Assembly (NCBI GenBank): GCA_028534125.1
Contig: CM052816.1
Span: 61,258,001 to 61,322,000, forward strand
Direction: 5' to 3'
Length of the DNA stretch: 64,000 bases
Origin: Lama glama
Lineage: Eukaryota
Shown here: piece by piece, positions 1 to 11,865 of the stretch
How the letters are laid out: every line of letters starts with the position of its first letter
Position numbering within the stretch: position 1 is the first letter of the stretch
The notes under the pieces: generated by a model
Told to the model about the DNA's origin: nothing
The model's input: only the letters and a program-made list of their open reading frames with translations
Database searches by the model: none
Position numbers and translations under genes: made by a program

Positions 1-588
1 AAACACAGAATTACCATATGATCCAGTAATCCCTTTTCTATGTATATACCACAGAGAATTGAAAGCAGAGACTTAAACAGATATGTGCACATCAATGGTC
101 ATAGCAGTATTATTCAAAATAGCCAAAAGATGGAAACAATCCAGTGTCCAAGGATGGATGAGTGGACAAATGAAATGTGGTATGTCCATACAATGAAATA
201 CTATTCAATCTTAAAAAGGAAGGAAATTCTGACATATGCTACAACATGGATGAACCTTAAAGACATTATGCTAAGTGAAATAAAACAGTCACAGAAGAAC
301 AGATACTGTACGACTCCACTAGCATGAAGTACTTAAAATAGTCAAATTCATAGAGACAGAAAGGATAGTGGTTACCAAGGATTGAGAGAGGGGATAATTA
401 GGAGTTATTGTTTAATGAGTTTGGGATGATAAAAAAAGTTCCAGAGACAGATAGTGGTAATGATTACATAACAATGTGAATGCACTTCATGCCACTGAAC
501 TATGCACTTAAAAAAGATTAAAATGGTAAATTTTGTGTATATATTACAATTAAAAAAAAACTGAAAAAAAAATCTAAGAAAAAAAAAC
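1..588 (+). mobile_element. Old L1 (L1M-type) ORF2 3' end plus 3' UTR with A-rich tail
   Basis: ORF 40..327 resembles the L1 ORF2 C-terminus (CPRMDEWTNEMWYVHTMKYYS...TTWMNLKDIMLSE); typical L1 3' UTR follows; A-rich tail at about 552-588. Confidence 0.85.
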
Positions 589-599
589 CCATGTCACTC

Positions 600-843
600 T
601 TCTCAGACATTTTTGGAAACATTTTGGGAAATAGTTATTTTCCATTAAAAATGTTATTTATGCATGTAATGAGTTTATTATTGTTTTTAAAATAAACTAA
701 TAAATACTTAAAAAATCTCCCTGGTTTCATTTCTAATATGGTAAATATGGAAATATACAACTCATGTAAACAGAAGCTCTTAAGTCTTCAGTAAGTTTTG
801 AGTGGTAAAGAGGTCCTGAGACTAAAAAGTTTGAGAACTACTG
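600..843. mobile_element. hAT-Charlie (Charlie1-like) DNA transposon terminal fragment
   Basis: Ends in ggtcctgagactaaaaagtttgagaactactg, matching my recollection of the Charlie1 terminus. Confidence 0.6.
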
Positions 844-1961
844 TCTTATTTGAAATTTATTCTCTTTTTATACCTGCGTTATATGAAGACATACATTTCT
901 TCATTTGTTGGTTTAGCTTCATTTGACAGCTATATCACTTGTAGCCTGCAGACTAAAAGGACATCCTGGAACATGGTCAAAATCATCACATTAACTCTTT
1001 ATGATTTCTATTGTTCCTGCATGCACCAAAACTACAAGGACTGAACAGCAAAAAGCTCCACAGATGACTGGAAGCATACAACAGGAAACTGTTAAAAAGC
1101 TTACATGCTGATTGGTATGTTCTAAAGTAGTTTTATAAGGATCTAGCAAGAAACACACATTTTCCTTTTTCTGTTGGATCTTCATTCGGATTTTCAGTTC
1201 AAGGCTAAATTTGGGAATCGGGGTGGTAGTGGCATTGTTTCCGAAAACCACTCCATCCAGCGAATCCGTGCTAAGAATTTAATTCTCTCACCATCTTACT
1301 CCTGGTCTATTGCAGAGGGGTGTGGTTAGGGAGCTAGGAAGCAATCCAAATCAGCAGCTGAGGCTGCCCCAAACCCTGTGCAAGCAATCATTTCCTCCAT
1401 TTTGGGCCAAGTCAATTTTCCCCGGCAAGAGGCAGACTGTTTCATGCGGAAGAATTAAATTAAAAGGAAACTAGAAAGCATGGGCAGAAATAAGTAGCAA
1501 AACCATAGCGGCTTTATCGTGTGTGGATGTTAAACGATTTGTAAGCCAATGGTATGCATGAGGGGCAAATGAAAATTGTTATTCAAGTCTATAGCTGCTG
1601 GCACTTTTAATGACAGATCTGCAGTTCCGGGTGCGGGAGAAAGTCAAATGATTTTCTTATCCCGACCATCTTTCTGCATTCGTTTGGGGCCGGCCTGTGA
1701 CCAGTCTCGCTGCTTGCGGCTGAGGCAAGTCCCAAACAAAGAGGAATGGATGCCCTCCCAAGGGAGCGGAGGAGGGAAAGGTGGCCCCAAGTTCCCGCGC
1801 CAGGTGTCCCTTGGGGTAGACTACGCGGGCCATGGGGAGGGAGGGTTCCAGGAGCGTTGTAGGGTTGCTGCGGTGAAAGGCTGGGCCGGGGCGCCCGGCA
1901 CTGACCGGGCAGAAGACCCCGCCCTGCCCACGGTCAAGGTTAGCCCGCGCAAGGGAGGTAC

Positions 1962-2002
1962 CTGTGGAGGCCTCGCACAGCCGAAAGGCACTGGGCGATC
2001 AT
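1962..2002 (-). CDS. NLN: Neurolysin coding exon 1 (MIAQCLSAVRGLHR, start of the mitochondrial targeting presequence); rest of the gene lies left of the window
   Basis: ATG at 2002-2000, 41 nt to donor AG|GTACCT at 1961; peptide resembles mammalian NLN N-termini (human MIARCLLAVRSLRR as recalled); NLN is the known head-to-head neighbour of SGTB. Confidence 0.9.
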
Positions 2003-2269
2003 GGGAGCGCCGAGAGGCGACGGCGGCGGCGAGCGCGTTGTCCTCGGGTTTGGTGAGGGGGAAGCGGGGCGCCGGGAAGCGGCGTGGCGGCCTAGCGGAG
2101 GCGACAGCAGCTGCGGCGGCCGGCTCTGCCCGCGCCCTCCCACGTGCGGCAGCCCCACGCCCGCGCCCACTTCAGCCCCGGTCCCGCCCCCGCCGGAGCC
2201 TCGGCCCCGCCCCGCCCGGCGCCCCGCCCCGCGCGGCTTGTACCGCCCCCGGGGGCGGTTCTGGCGAGA

Positions 2270-2462
2270 CCCAGCAGCCGGGAGCAAAGCACACAGCCGG
2301 GTGGGCTGAGGGGCGGCGGCGGCCTGGGAGCCGGGGAAGTTTGGGCCACCGCTGGCAGTGCTGCGAAACGGAGGCAGGCTCAAGCCCGTGGACCAGGGGG
2401 CAGGAGGACCGGCTTACGGACGCCCTCGGGACCGCTGCCACCGTCTCGCGTCCTCTTGCCTG
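2270..2462 (+). other. SGTB: SGTB exon 1 (non-coding 5' UTR; start approximate)
   Basis: Strong donor CTG|GTAAGG at 2462/2463 at the edge of the CpG island; no ATG in the exon; next exon carries the start codon. Confidence 0.8.
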
Positions 2463-3519
2463 GTAAGGGGCTTCCTTCTGGGAAGGGTGCGTCTCCCGCC
2501 GCCCCAGACTGGGCCTGCACCACGCAGCCGCAGCAAACCCCGTCAGGGCCAAGGAGAGGCCGGGGTACCGAAGGGAGGGAGAAGGAGGTCGATGTGCTCT
2601 AGGGAGAGGAAGAGAGAAAAGCCCGGAGGAGGTTGGACTTCTCCATTTCCCCTTCGCACTCCCTTTCCCCCTACCCTTCCATTCTTTTTTCACCCTTCTG
2701 CCCTGGGGCCTTATTTAGTACTTGCAGCCCAGTAGCCTATAGGCTGGACTCGCCTTTAAAATAAGCACACCAATAATAAACATCCTAGCGGTGGGTACCA
2801 CACCCTGGCTTTGAATTAGGGAGCCTGGGGCACAGATGGATGATGCGATTTAGTGGAAATAAGCCATTAATGCCGGCTGGCCCTGCGCCACTGTTTGGAT
2901 GTGATAGTATTCCATGTGAATGAACACGACCCGGAGCTTCCAGGTTGTCCACGAGAGCACAGCTACTGCAGAGAGCACTGGTCGGTTTGTAGTATCATCC
3001 ACTTAGGCAATGATTCTCTGACATTGTCTGTTGATTAAATAGAAATGCCATTTTTATTAAAACTGACATTCAGTGGTTGAACAACATTTCATTAATATAT
3101 TTCCTCTTCACATAATTTTCTCCTTCAAAAGTAGGTGGAATGCAAATTATGCATACATTTAAAAAATCTCATGAAATAGAAGAAGATGCTCAGCGTGGAT
3201 CAGCTTCTGAGTCAGCAGTATGAAATCTCCCTCAACTTAGTACTAAGGCCTTTGGGGGATTTCTACACTGTATCTATACCCCTGGCCTTATCTGGATCTG
3301 TACCATATATATAACGTTAAGACACAGCAAGCTATTCGATGAGAGTCTCAGCTTATGTTGTACATGTTTTGAGAAAAACTTTGCTTTTGCAAGTTTAACA
3401 TAACCTAATATTACTGGGTATAAATGAACATATGTCATACATTTCCATATGGATACTTCTCTAGAACTCTTTAAAAAGAGGAAGGAGTGAAAGTAATACA
3501 GGTTTTTGTTCTTGCTTTT

Positions 3520-3650
3520 TTTTTTTTTTTTTTGGTTGGAGAAGGTAATTAGGTTTACTTATTTTATTCTTGGAGGAAGTACTGGGAATTGAATCCAGGA
3601 CCTCCTGAATGCTAAGCATGCACTCTACCACTTGAGCTATACCCTCCCCC
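3520..3650 (-). mobile_element. tRNA-Ala-derived camelid SINE (Vic-1-like)
   Basis: Reverse complement reads GGGGGAGGGTATAGCTCAAGTGGTAGAGTGCATGCTTAGCA...; poly(A) tail; TSD cttgctttt at 3511-3519 and 3651-3659. Confidence 0.88.
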
Positions 3651-3773
3651 CTTGCTTTTCACTTTTAATGTAGCTTATGATCCTTGTTATTTATAATCTT
3701 CACTGATTCTTTAAAATTACTCAGTTCAGTGTTTTCCTTTTTCTTATTGAGGAATAGTGTTTACGCTTTTAAA

Positions 3774-3873
3774 ATGTCATCCATCAAGCACCTGGTTTAT
3801 GCAGTTATTCGTTTCTTACGGGAACAAAGTCAGATGGATGCTTATACTTCAGATGAACAAGAAAGTTTGGAAG
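3774..3873 (+). CDS. SGTB: SGTB coding exon 1 (gene exon 2): MSSIKHLVYAVIRFLREQSQMDAYTSDEQESLE, N-terminal dimerisation domain
   Basis: aaaATGtca start; recognisable SGTB N-terminus; donor G|GTAGGC at 3873/3874; 100 nt. Confidence 0.97.
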
Positions 3874-5569
3874 GTAGGCCCTGTTCTCTGTTCACTTGTG
3901 TTATAAGTATAAATAAAGACTAAATTAGTTATAACACTGACTCTGTGATCTGTAATGTCAAAATCAGAATATTTTGTTGATTTTTTTCAAGGAGAGAGAC
4001 CTAACGATAAGGTTATGATGTTTTTATTCTCTGAGGCTTGTTTTGTTTGTTTCAATTAACAACAAGAGGACTGTTATTTATTTACTGAACAACTGTTACG
4101 TGTCAGAACTATGCTATTCAGATTAGATGGAATTTTTTCTCCACAGTGACTGTTAGTACTTAATAGATCCCCACTTAACAGATAAGTAAGTGAAACTAGA
4201 TAGATTAAGTAACGTAACACAGCTAATATGTGGCAAAGCTGAGATTTAGATCCTGGTTCTTACTCTGAAGGTCTTGTTGTCTCTTTCTGATAGGAAAACA
4301 TCCAGTTTAGAATCAATATGGAAAAACACTTTAGTCATCATACAAGCACTATGTAAAAGTCTAATAATTATATCATTATTAAGCTCTGATGACTTACTAT
4401 TGGGGAAGAGAAGATTTCACTCTTGTTTCATGTGGGCTTTAAATATTCGATTCGATAATCTGTAAAGTTGAGCAGGATTTGGGTGACAGCATCACGTTTC
4501 CTTGACACCATTGTTTCCGCTTCATGTTTATGCATTAGAAAATTTAAATTCAGCTGAACCATAACAAGAGAGAATTCTGCAGATGGGCTTGTGGATGTTC
4601 GATTAGCCCAGCTTCCTTGTGGCCTAAAGACTTAATTATTACAATGAGACAGTGCATTTGGGAGAATTTAATAAATAACAGTACTATTTGAATTTCCCAT
4701 CTTGGGGACATGTCTATCAATTTCAACAAGGAGTTCCCTTGTGAATATGCTTTTAGGAAGTGGAGATGAAAATTGGGCATTTGCTCTAAATCTGCTTGCA
4801 ATCTGGTGAGATGATATCTTTCCAGGTGGCAGTGAGAGGAGCAGGTGACACACAGTTGGAGAACATTGCAATCAGTCCATTTAATCAGTCCTTTTGTCCT
4901 CCTTGATGGTTAGACTGTGTGAAGACAAAGGTGATTGGTTATCTAAAGAAACTGTTTATGGTTGCTCGGTAGCAAACAGATCAATGAAATCATTTAATAA
5001 AAGATGTTTCCTTTGTAATTAAAGGCATAAAATACTTTCAAGGGCCAGAAAGAAAAATGAGAGTTTTTAAAAAACCAAGATGTTATGTCCTATTTTTAGG
5101 ATGGTATTCAGCCAAAAATGTGTGCCTTCAGCTGTGTGTTATATATGGCAGTCAGAAATGGTGCCAGTTGTTTTTGACCGACCCCTATTTTTGACTCTGT
5201 GAATCTAATTTAATTGAATATGAAATCATGTGAAAATGTCTGCCCACCTTCTAGACATTTAAAAAAGTCCTGGGAGAGGAGCCTGAGTTTTAATACCAGC
5301 TTTGCCACTATGGTGAAGCTGGTATATTATCAGCTTTGAGCCTTATCATCAGACTATGTCTGTCCTAACTGTTGTCATCTACTGATATCTGCTTCATGTT
5401 TTGACTGCTGTGGCTCCTGTTCACTGTCTCTCTAGCACTACTCCTATTGTAATTGTTGGCAATCGCAGTACACTCATACATGATTCTTCCCGTTCTCTCA
5501 GCACTCAGTTCCTTAACTTTCTCTCCTCTAGTAATCTCAACCATTTACTTGCTTTGTCATACCCTGGAC

Positions 5570-5768
5570 CAGTGGTTCTCAGTGAGGGGCAATTTTGCAA
5601 TATCTGGACATATTTTTGACTGTTACGATTGGAGGGCTGGTATTACTAACATCTAGTTGTTAGAGGCCGTGGATACTGCTGACGATACTACAATGCGCAA
5701 GTTGGCCCCCAACAACAACAAATGGTCTACTACAATATGCCAGTAGTTGCTGTGATTGAGAAACTCTT
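5570..5768. mobile_element. MER20 (hAT-Charlie MITE) nested in L2
   Basis: Termini cagtggttctc...gagaaactc; 8-bp TSD ccctggac (5562-5569) / ccctagat (5769-5776). Confidence 0.8.
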
Positions 5769-6388
5769 CCCTAGATCTTGTCACTATCCTCCATAATCTC
5801 TGTCTTAAACATTTCACTTCCTGACCACTACTGCCTGCCTGTCCAGCCCACTTCCTCTAGAATCCCTACCCCAACAATTCTTTGACCCTACCAATACCTT
5901 CGAGCTGTTGATCCCTTACCATTTCACACCCCTCTTCCTACCCAGCTTAAATTCCATGGTTGATCATTAAAATCATGACCTTGTATATCTCTCCCTTTCT
6001 TGCAGAACCCAACCTTGTTTAAATCTAGCTCTCCACCTACTCTGTACCCATATCCACATGATTATATATAGATGAAGCAAAGCACACCACTTTGCTAACT
6101 AGCCCTAGTTTGAATTTATGACCATGAGCCTCAGGTGGACCTTTAATGCTACCCTCTGTTCCAAGTTCATAGTTTTGCTTTCCTAGATGACCATTTTAAC
6201 AGTTTCTTTTGTCTTCTAAAAACCCCAAACGTCCTCCCTTGTACTCACTTTTAGTTGATGACCTTGCTTCTTCACCAGAAAAACTGAATTAATAAGAAAA
6301 CAACTTCCACAGACTCCCCCTGCCCCATCTGCCCACTCACCAGCATCTATGCTCACATATTCTGCCTGCCTGCCTAGCTATTACCATG

Positions 6389-6717
6389 TACTATGGACTA
6401 AATATTTGTGTCCTCCCAAAATTCATATGTTGAAACCTATTGCTCAGTGTGATGGTATTAGGAGGTGAGGTCCTCACGATTGGGATTAGTCCCCTTGTAA
6501 AAGAGACCCCAGAGAGCTCCCTTTTTTGTACTGGGTGAGGACACATCAAGAAGGTGTCATCTGTGAACCAGAAAGCAGATCCTCACCAGCCATCAAATCT
6601 GCCAGCACCTTGATCTTGAACTTCCCAGCCTCCAGAACTATGAGAAGTAAATTTCTATTGTTTATAAGCCACCCAGTCTATGGTATTCTGTCATAGCAGC
6701 CCAGACTGACTAAGACA
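6389..6717 (+). mobile_element. MaLR solo LTR (MLT1A-like) nested in L2
   Basis: t.ctatggact start; cttcccagcctccagaactatgaga...ttataagccacccagtctatggta; ends ctaagaca. Confidence 0.85.
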
Positions 6718-8964
6718 CCGTAGATAATATACATTGTCCTTTCTAAATGGTACCCTCTGCTAGCCGACTGGATCCCACCCTGTCTCACCTACTCCAGGCT
6801 CTCACTCTAATTATTTACCTTCCTTGTCTTACATCAGTAATTTTTCAACTTCTGCTAGCTCATTTCCATCGGAATATAAACTTTCCATTATTGCTCCCTT
6901 CTTAAAACCATCAAAAACAGCCATTGATTACTCTTGGCACACTACCACCCCTTCTCCTCCCCAGACATTGCCTACCTTTTTGGTCTCCCTTTTGATGGGA
7001 AACTCTTTGAAAGAGTTTATACTTGCTTCTGCACTCTCTCTCCTTCTATTCATTCTTAAACCCACTCCAGATAGGCCTTTACCTCCATCTCTCCACTATA
7101 CTGTTCTCATCAAGGTCATCAGTGATTTCTGTGTTATGTAGTTCAATGGCCCGTTTTCAGTCTTCATTTCGCTTACTAGTTGCCATTGATAAAGTTGACG
7201 ATCAGTCCCTCATCCCCATCCACCTGTATACTTTATTCACTTGGCTTCCAGGATACTTCATACTCTCTTGGATTTCTTCTTATCTCATTGTTTTCACCTT
7301 CTCCGTCTCCTTTGCCGATCCCTCTTCTTTTCCCTGACCTGGAGTACCTAGCATCTAGTGCTTGATCTTCTTTTCATTATCTACACTCACTTTTTTGGTG
7401 ATATAGTTCAGCTTCTTGGCATTAAATATTTTCTGTTTATATGCTGTTATCTGTCAAGTGTGTACCCTCAGCCCTTTCTTCTGAACTCCAGACTCCTATA
7501 TCCAACTGCTTACTAGCTACCACCACCTGTATATGTAACAAGCATCTCAAGTTGAACATTTCCAAAACTGGACTCCTGATCCTCCCAGCAAAATCTGTCC
7601 TATTCCATGACTTCCCTAACTCAGTTGATGACTTTCCTAACTCCATCTTTTCAGGTGCTCAGGCCAAAAGTTTTGTTACCATTCTGGACTCGTCTCTTCT
7701 TAGACTCTGCATCTAATTGTTTAGTCAGTCCTGTTGGCTGTACCTTCAAAATATATCTTGGCTCTTACCCACCTCCACTGAGCTCACCCCTGGATAGAAT
7801 TAAGTATTTCTCATCTGTTTTACTGTGATAGCCTCTGATTGGTCTCTCTGCTTTGATATTTGCTGCTTCATTGAGTATTCTCAACACAGCTACTGGTGAC
7901 CTTTTAAAACAGAGTATGTCAGATTCCATCATTTTTCCACCCAAAATCTTGCACAGACTCTTCATGTTACTACATTGTTTAAGGAATCTGTATAATTTGG
8001 ACTTCTGTGATGTGTTGTTTACAGACTCCTCTTTCTCATTTGGCTTTAGTCAGATTAGCTTCCTCACTCTAAATGCACCAAAAACTCTTTCCTAAGGGCT
8101 TTTGCTGTTTTCTCTACCCCCATCTCCTTCCAGTACCTGCCAAACCTCTTTTCTGAATGAGGATCCATTAAATCTGCAGCCTGCTTCCCTGCTCTGCTCC
8201 CCACACTCTCATCCTCTTTGCACTGTTCTCTGCTCTTTGCCTTTTGTAGTTTACTGGCTACAGTCTACCTCTCCATCCCCCACTAGAATGGCAGCCCCAA
8301 GAAGTCAGGGATCTTTTCTGTTTTATTCACTGGTATACACAAAGCATCTAGAAAAGTGCCTGACACACGGTAGGTGCTAAGTAAATATTTGTGGAATTGA
8401 ATTGATGAGTCGAGTCAAGTGATCTTGAGCATCTCACTTAGTTGGTCTGTATCTTTATTTCCAAGTCTATCAGGTGGAGCTCTCTGCCCCCCTCCTGCTA
8501 ATAGATTTGTCAAGAGAATCAAAATCAGTGATAGCAGGTATATAGTATATGGGAGCTTTGGTATAAAGTACTATGCAGATGGTATATGGTGGTATTGACT
8601 AGAATTCTTCACTTGTCTTTCTCTTCATTGGTACCAAACAAACTATTACTGTTTGGTGTTAAAGTGGAACAGAATTGTATACAGAATTTCCTTAGATTTT
8701 TATGACTTATTCCTGAGTAGAACCTCTGAAAGGAGGATCACATGTAATAATCCCCATTTCGTAAGTGAGAATCTTGAGGTAAAAGCAAGATAAATTATAA
8801 TACCGAGGTTATTTGTTTTTTTTTCTCTCGATTAATAATGATAATGAGATAGTCCTGAGTTCCAAGGCTGTGGTGGTTTTTTCAGTAAACCATATGTCTC
8901 TCTAAATATGTGTTAATGTTGAACACTAAACAGTTTGGCAGCAAGTTCACTTACCAAAACAATG

Positions 8965-9410
8965 GTGTTTACTTAATGAGGAAATCTAAAATAGTCAAAT
9001 GCATAGAAGCAGAGAGTAGAATGGTTGTTGATACAGGCGAGGGTAGGAGGAAATGGGAGGTAATGGTCAAAGGGTTCAAAGTTTCAGTAATGTAAAATAA
9101 ATAAGTTCTAGAGCCCTACTATACAGCGTAGTGTGCTATAGCTAACTGGATTGTATACTTAAACTCTGATAATGGGGTAGATTTTACGTCAGGTATTCTT
9201 AACACACACACACACACACCCACACACACACACACAGCATTAGAGGGGACAAGAGGAAGTGTTGGGAGCTGATGGGTATGTCTGTGTCCATGGCCTTGAT
9301 GGTAGTGACGGTTTCATGGATGTGTGTGTATCTGCAAGCTCATCGAGTTGTGTCCATTAAATATGTACAGATTCTTTCATGTCATCATACTTCAGTAAAG
9401 TGGTTTAAAA
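8965..9410 (+). mobile_element. L1MA-type 3' UTR fragment containing (CA)n at 9202-9236
   Basis: aaaatagtcaaa...atagaagcagagagtagaatggt...aagtttcagt...aaagtggttt motifs. Confidence 0.75.
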
Positions 9411-9992
9411 ACAATTGTGTTTAAAACAAAACAAAACAAAAAGCAGTTACCTCCTTTAGTGATACTTGATTGTGTCTAGAATGTGCCAGATCTGTGTTTT
9501 CAGGTTAGTGGCAGCAGAGATAAAGGAGCTGGACTGGATTACTCTGACAAAATAGCACGCAAAAATCCCCCCGAGTCCCCCCAAGGACTTTTCACCTGTC
9601 AGCGTGTAGCTCTGAAGTTTCATACTCTGGTTCTGGTTAAAGCTTTGGTGGGGTTCCATCCATCTTTAACAAGGCTATTAATTAATAATTTTATTAATTA
9701 ATTAATAAAAAATTAATCTTTTCCACAGATTTTATCACTTTTATTTCCTCAGAAATTAAACCGTTACTTCCACTGTAAACAAAGAAGTAGGATGTACTGA
9801 GCATCTACTATTTGTCAGATTCTATTAAAGTCAAAGATGAAAAAGAAGTCAGTCTTATCCTCAAGGAGACAGTCTAATATGAGAGACAGACATTTAAGTG
9901 CATATAATATAATGTGTATGATACGTACAAAAATAGAAACATGAAATGACGGATCTGATCAGGGAGGAAAGATGCTGATCCAGAATAAATAG

Positions 9993-10043
9993 ATACGTAT
10001 ACATACATACATACATACACACATACATACATACATACATACA
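9993..10043 (+). repeat. (TACA)n tetranucleotide microsatellite
   Basis: Directly visible. Confidence 0.95.
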
Positions 10044-10380
10044 TTAATTGTTTTTAATCAATTGTCTTCATGGCCACAAGAAAATAGGATGAGAGCCTAT
10101 TTTCTTGTGGCCCAGTGTTTTTAGTGTAAGTACAAGAACACCTGCTTGGTGTAGGGATAGAAAGGGAGAGAATGAAGGATGGGTAAACAGTGGATTATTT
10201 TCTATCGAAAAGACACTTTTGACTTTTGGTAGTTGCTAACTTAGTTGCTTATTCAGTGTCTTTTCTAAGGAACATTTTTCTGTGAATAGTGAAAGTAATA
10301 ATATTTCTTTTTATTTTCTCAGAACAACAGTGAATGCATAATATATCTTTTAAAAGTCATACACAAATGTACCTGAATCT

Positions 10381-10573
10381 GTAAGTAACAGATAGACAAA
10401 TACCCTATGATCTCTCTTATATGTAGACTCTAAAAAATAAATACATAAGTAATCATAAAACCAAGCTCATAGATACAAACAACAGATTGGTGGTTGCCAG
10501 AAGCAGGGGGTGAGAGATGGGAGAAATGGGTAAACTGTTTTTGGTTTTGTTTTAAGTAAACCGAATTTTTTAA
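10381..10573 (+). mobile_element. Short L1 3' UTR fragment between 29-bp direct repeats
   Basis: gacaaataccctatgatctctcttatatg...aagctcatagatacaaacaacagattggtggttgccag; flanking repeats 10352-10380 and 10574-10602. Confidence 0.75.
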
Positions 10574-11761
10574 AAAAGTCATATACAAATGTAAGTGAAT
10601 CTATTCCACACTGTCTGGAAGTACACTGGATATTTTGGCTACATTCTCATCTTATTGAGCCAGGAGAGAATTCCTTTTCAAAGGAGAGCATTCCCAGGAT
10701 AAGAATCTGCCTCTCTTTCCCTCACTGAATACTTGCAGAAAGGATGGGATGTGCTTTATTCACTGCTCCTGCCCTAGTTTAGGCTCCTTGTCTGTTTAGG
10801 TCATTGAAGTAGGAACCCACTTGGTTTTTTGCTTCCATTTTCTTCTTCAGCTTCCCTCTGTAATCCATTCTCAACATTCTTAACGAGACTTGTAGATCTA
10901 AAGACAAATCCAGTTATGTTCTTCTTCATGAAAATCTTTAATGGCCCTCCATTGGCCCAGAGCATGAAGTCCACATCCTTTAAAAATCATATTCAAGGTG
11001 CCTTATCATCCAGTGAGGCACGTCTTTCTACCTGGTCTGTACCCAAGCCATACTGGTTATCTTGTCCTACACCAAACGTAGATGAGGCATGTGTCACCAC
11101 CTAACATGCCATGGATTTTACTTACTGTGTTTGTCTGTCTCCTATGAAGTGTAAGTTTTATCATGTGGATCCTGATTTTTGTGTTAGGTTAACTGTTGTA
11201 TCTCTACCACCTTAGAACAGCATCTTGTACACAGTAGGTACTTGATAAATTTGCATGCATGAAGGAATTTTTAAAAGCCAACCTATTGTCACATAATTAA
11301 GTACACCAGGATTAATATTTAGTGCTTCCTATGTGCCAAGATTGTTTCTCTTACTATTCTTAATCAGGTTGAGAATTCTACTTCCCACCTTAGAAAAAGA
11401 TAATTGTAAAAATTTTAATTCAAGACGTTAGGACATTGGTGGTTAATCAGATATTGGTAATGGGGAATGTGGTGTTAATGAGTTCCTTTAACAAGAATAT
11501 GATGTAATCCATAAATTGAGAAGTTGTATTTTAGGTAACGTTTTTCTTTAAGTGAGGAATAAGAAACCAAGCTCTCTTCCCTCAATAGCTGGTCTATAAA
11601 CAGAAATCTCTGCAGCTGAACCGTTTAGTTTTCCTTATGTTCTGTGATCATAAATGCTGAATTACCACAGATTGCACAGTACAGAGTTCTACCAGGAAAA
11701 AAAAAGGTTGTTTCTTTTTTAGGTTGCTAATGTTTTTTTCACTATTAAAATTTATTTCAAG

Positions 11762-11865
11762 TTGCGATCCAGTGCTTGGAGACAGTTTTTAAAATCAGCT
11801 CAGAAGATACACATCTAGCAGTTTCACAGCCTTTGACAGAAATGTTCACAAATTCCTTCTGTAAG
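11762..11865 (+). CDS. SGTB: SGTB exon 3: (V)AIQCLETVFKISSEDTHLAVSQPLTEMFTNSFCK
   Basis: ttcaag| acceptor, AAG|GTAAG donor, 104 nt, phase fits neighbours. Confidence 0.97.

Larger units (their letters stand above)
1620..2600. promoter_or_regulatory. CpG island / bidirectional promoter shared by NLN (-) and SGTB (+)
   Basis: Very high GC and CpG density against AT-rich flanks; clustered GC boxes (CCCCGCCC) at about 2185-2230; E-box CACGTG 2141-2146; ETS-like GGAAGT 2335-2340; flanked by divergent first exons. Confidence 0.93.
5340..8410 (+). mobile_element. Long degraded L2 LINE interrupted by younger insertions
   Basis: C/T-rich L2-like text (ccagactcctatatccaactgc...aagcatctcaagttgaacat) and L2 3' end gtgcctgacacacggtaggtgctaagtaaatatttg at about 8355-8395. 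Confidence 0.8.

Noticed and set aside
2003..2383. Stop-free frame upstream of the NLN ATG
   Set aside because: Extends across the likely TSS into SGTB exon 1; explained by GC richness; an extension would mask the presequence
1576..2735. Several long overlapping ORFs (296, 173, 152, 147, 125 aa) on both strands
   Set aside because: Expected stop-codon scarcity in a CpG island; low-complexity G/A/P/R content; only 1962-2002 (NLN) is recognisable
9689..9710. Perfect 22-bp AT palindrome ttttattaattaattaataaaa
   Set aside because: Built from (TTAA)n low-complexity sequence; no other support
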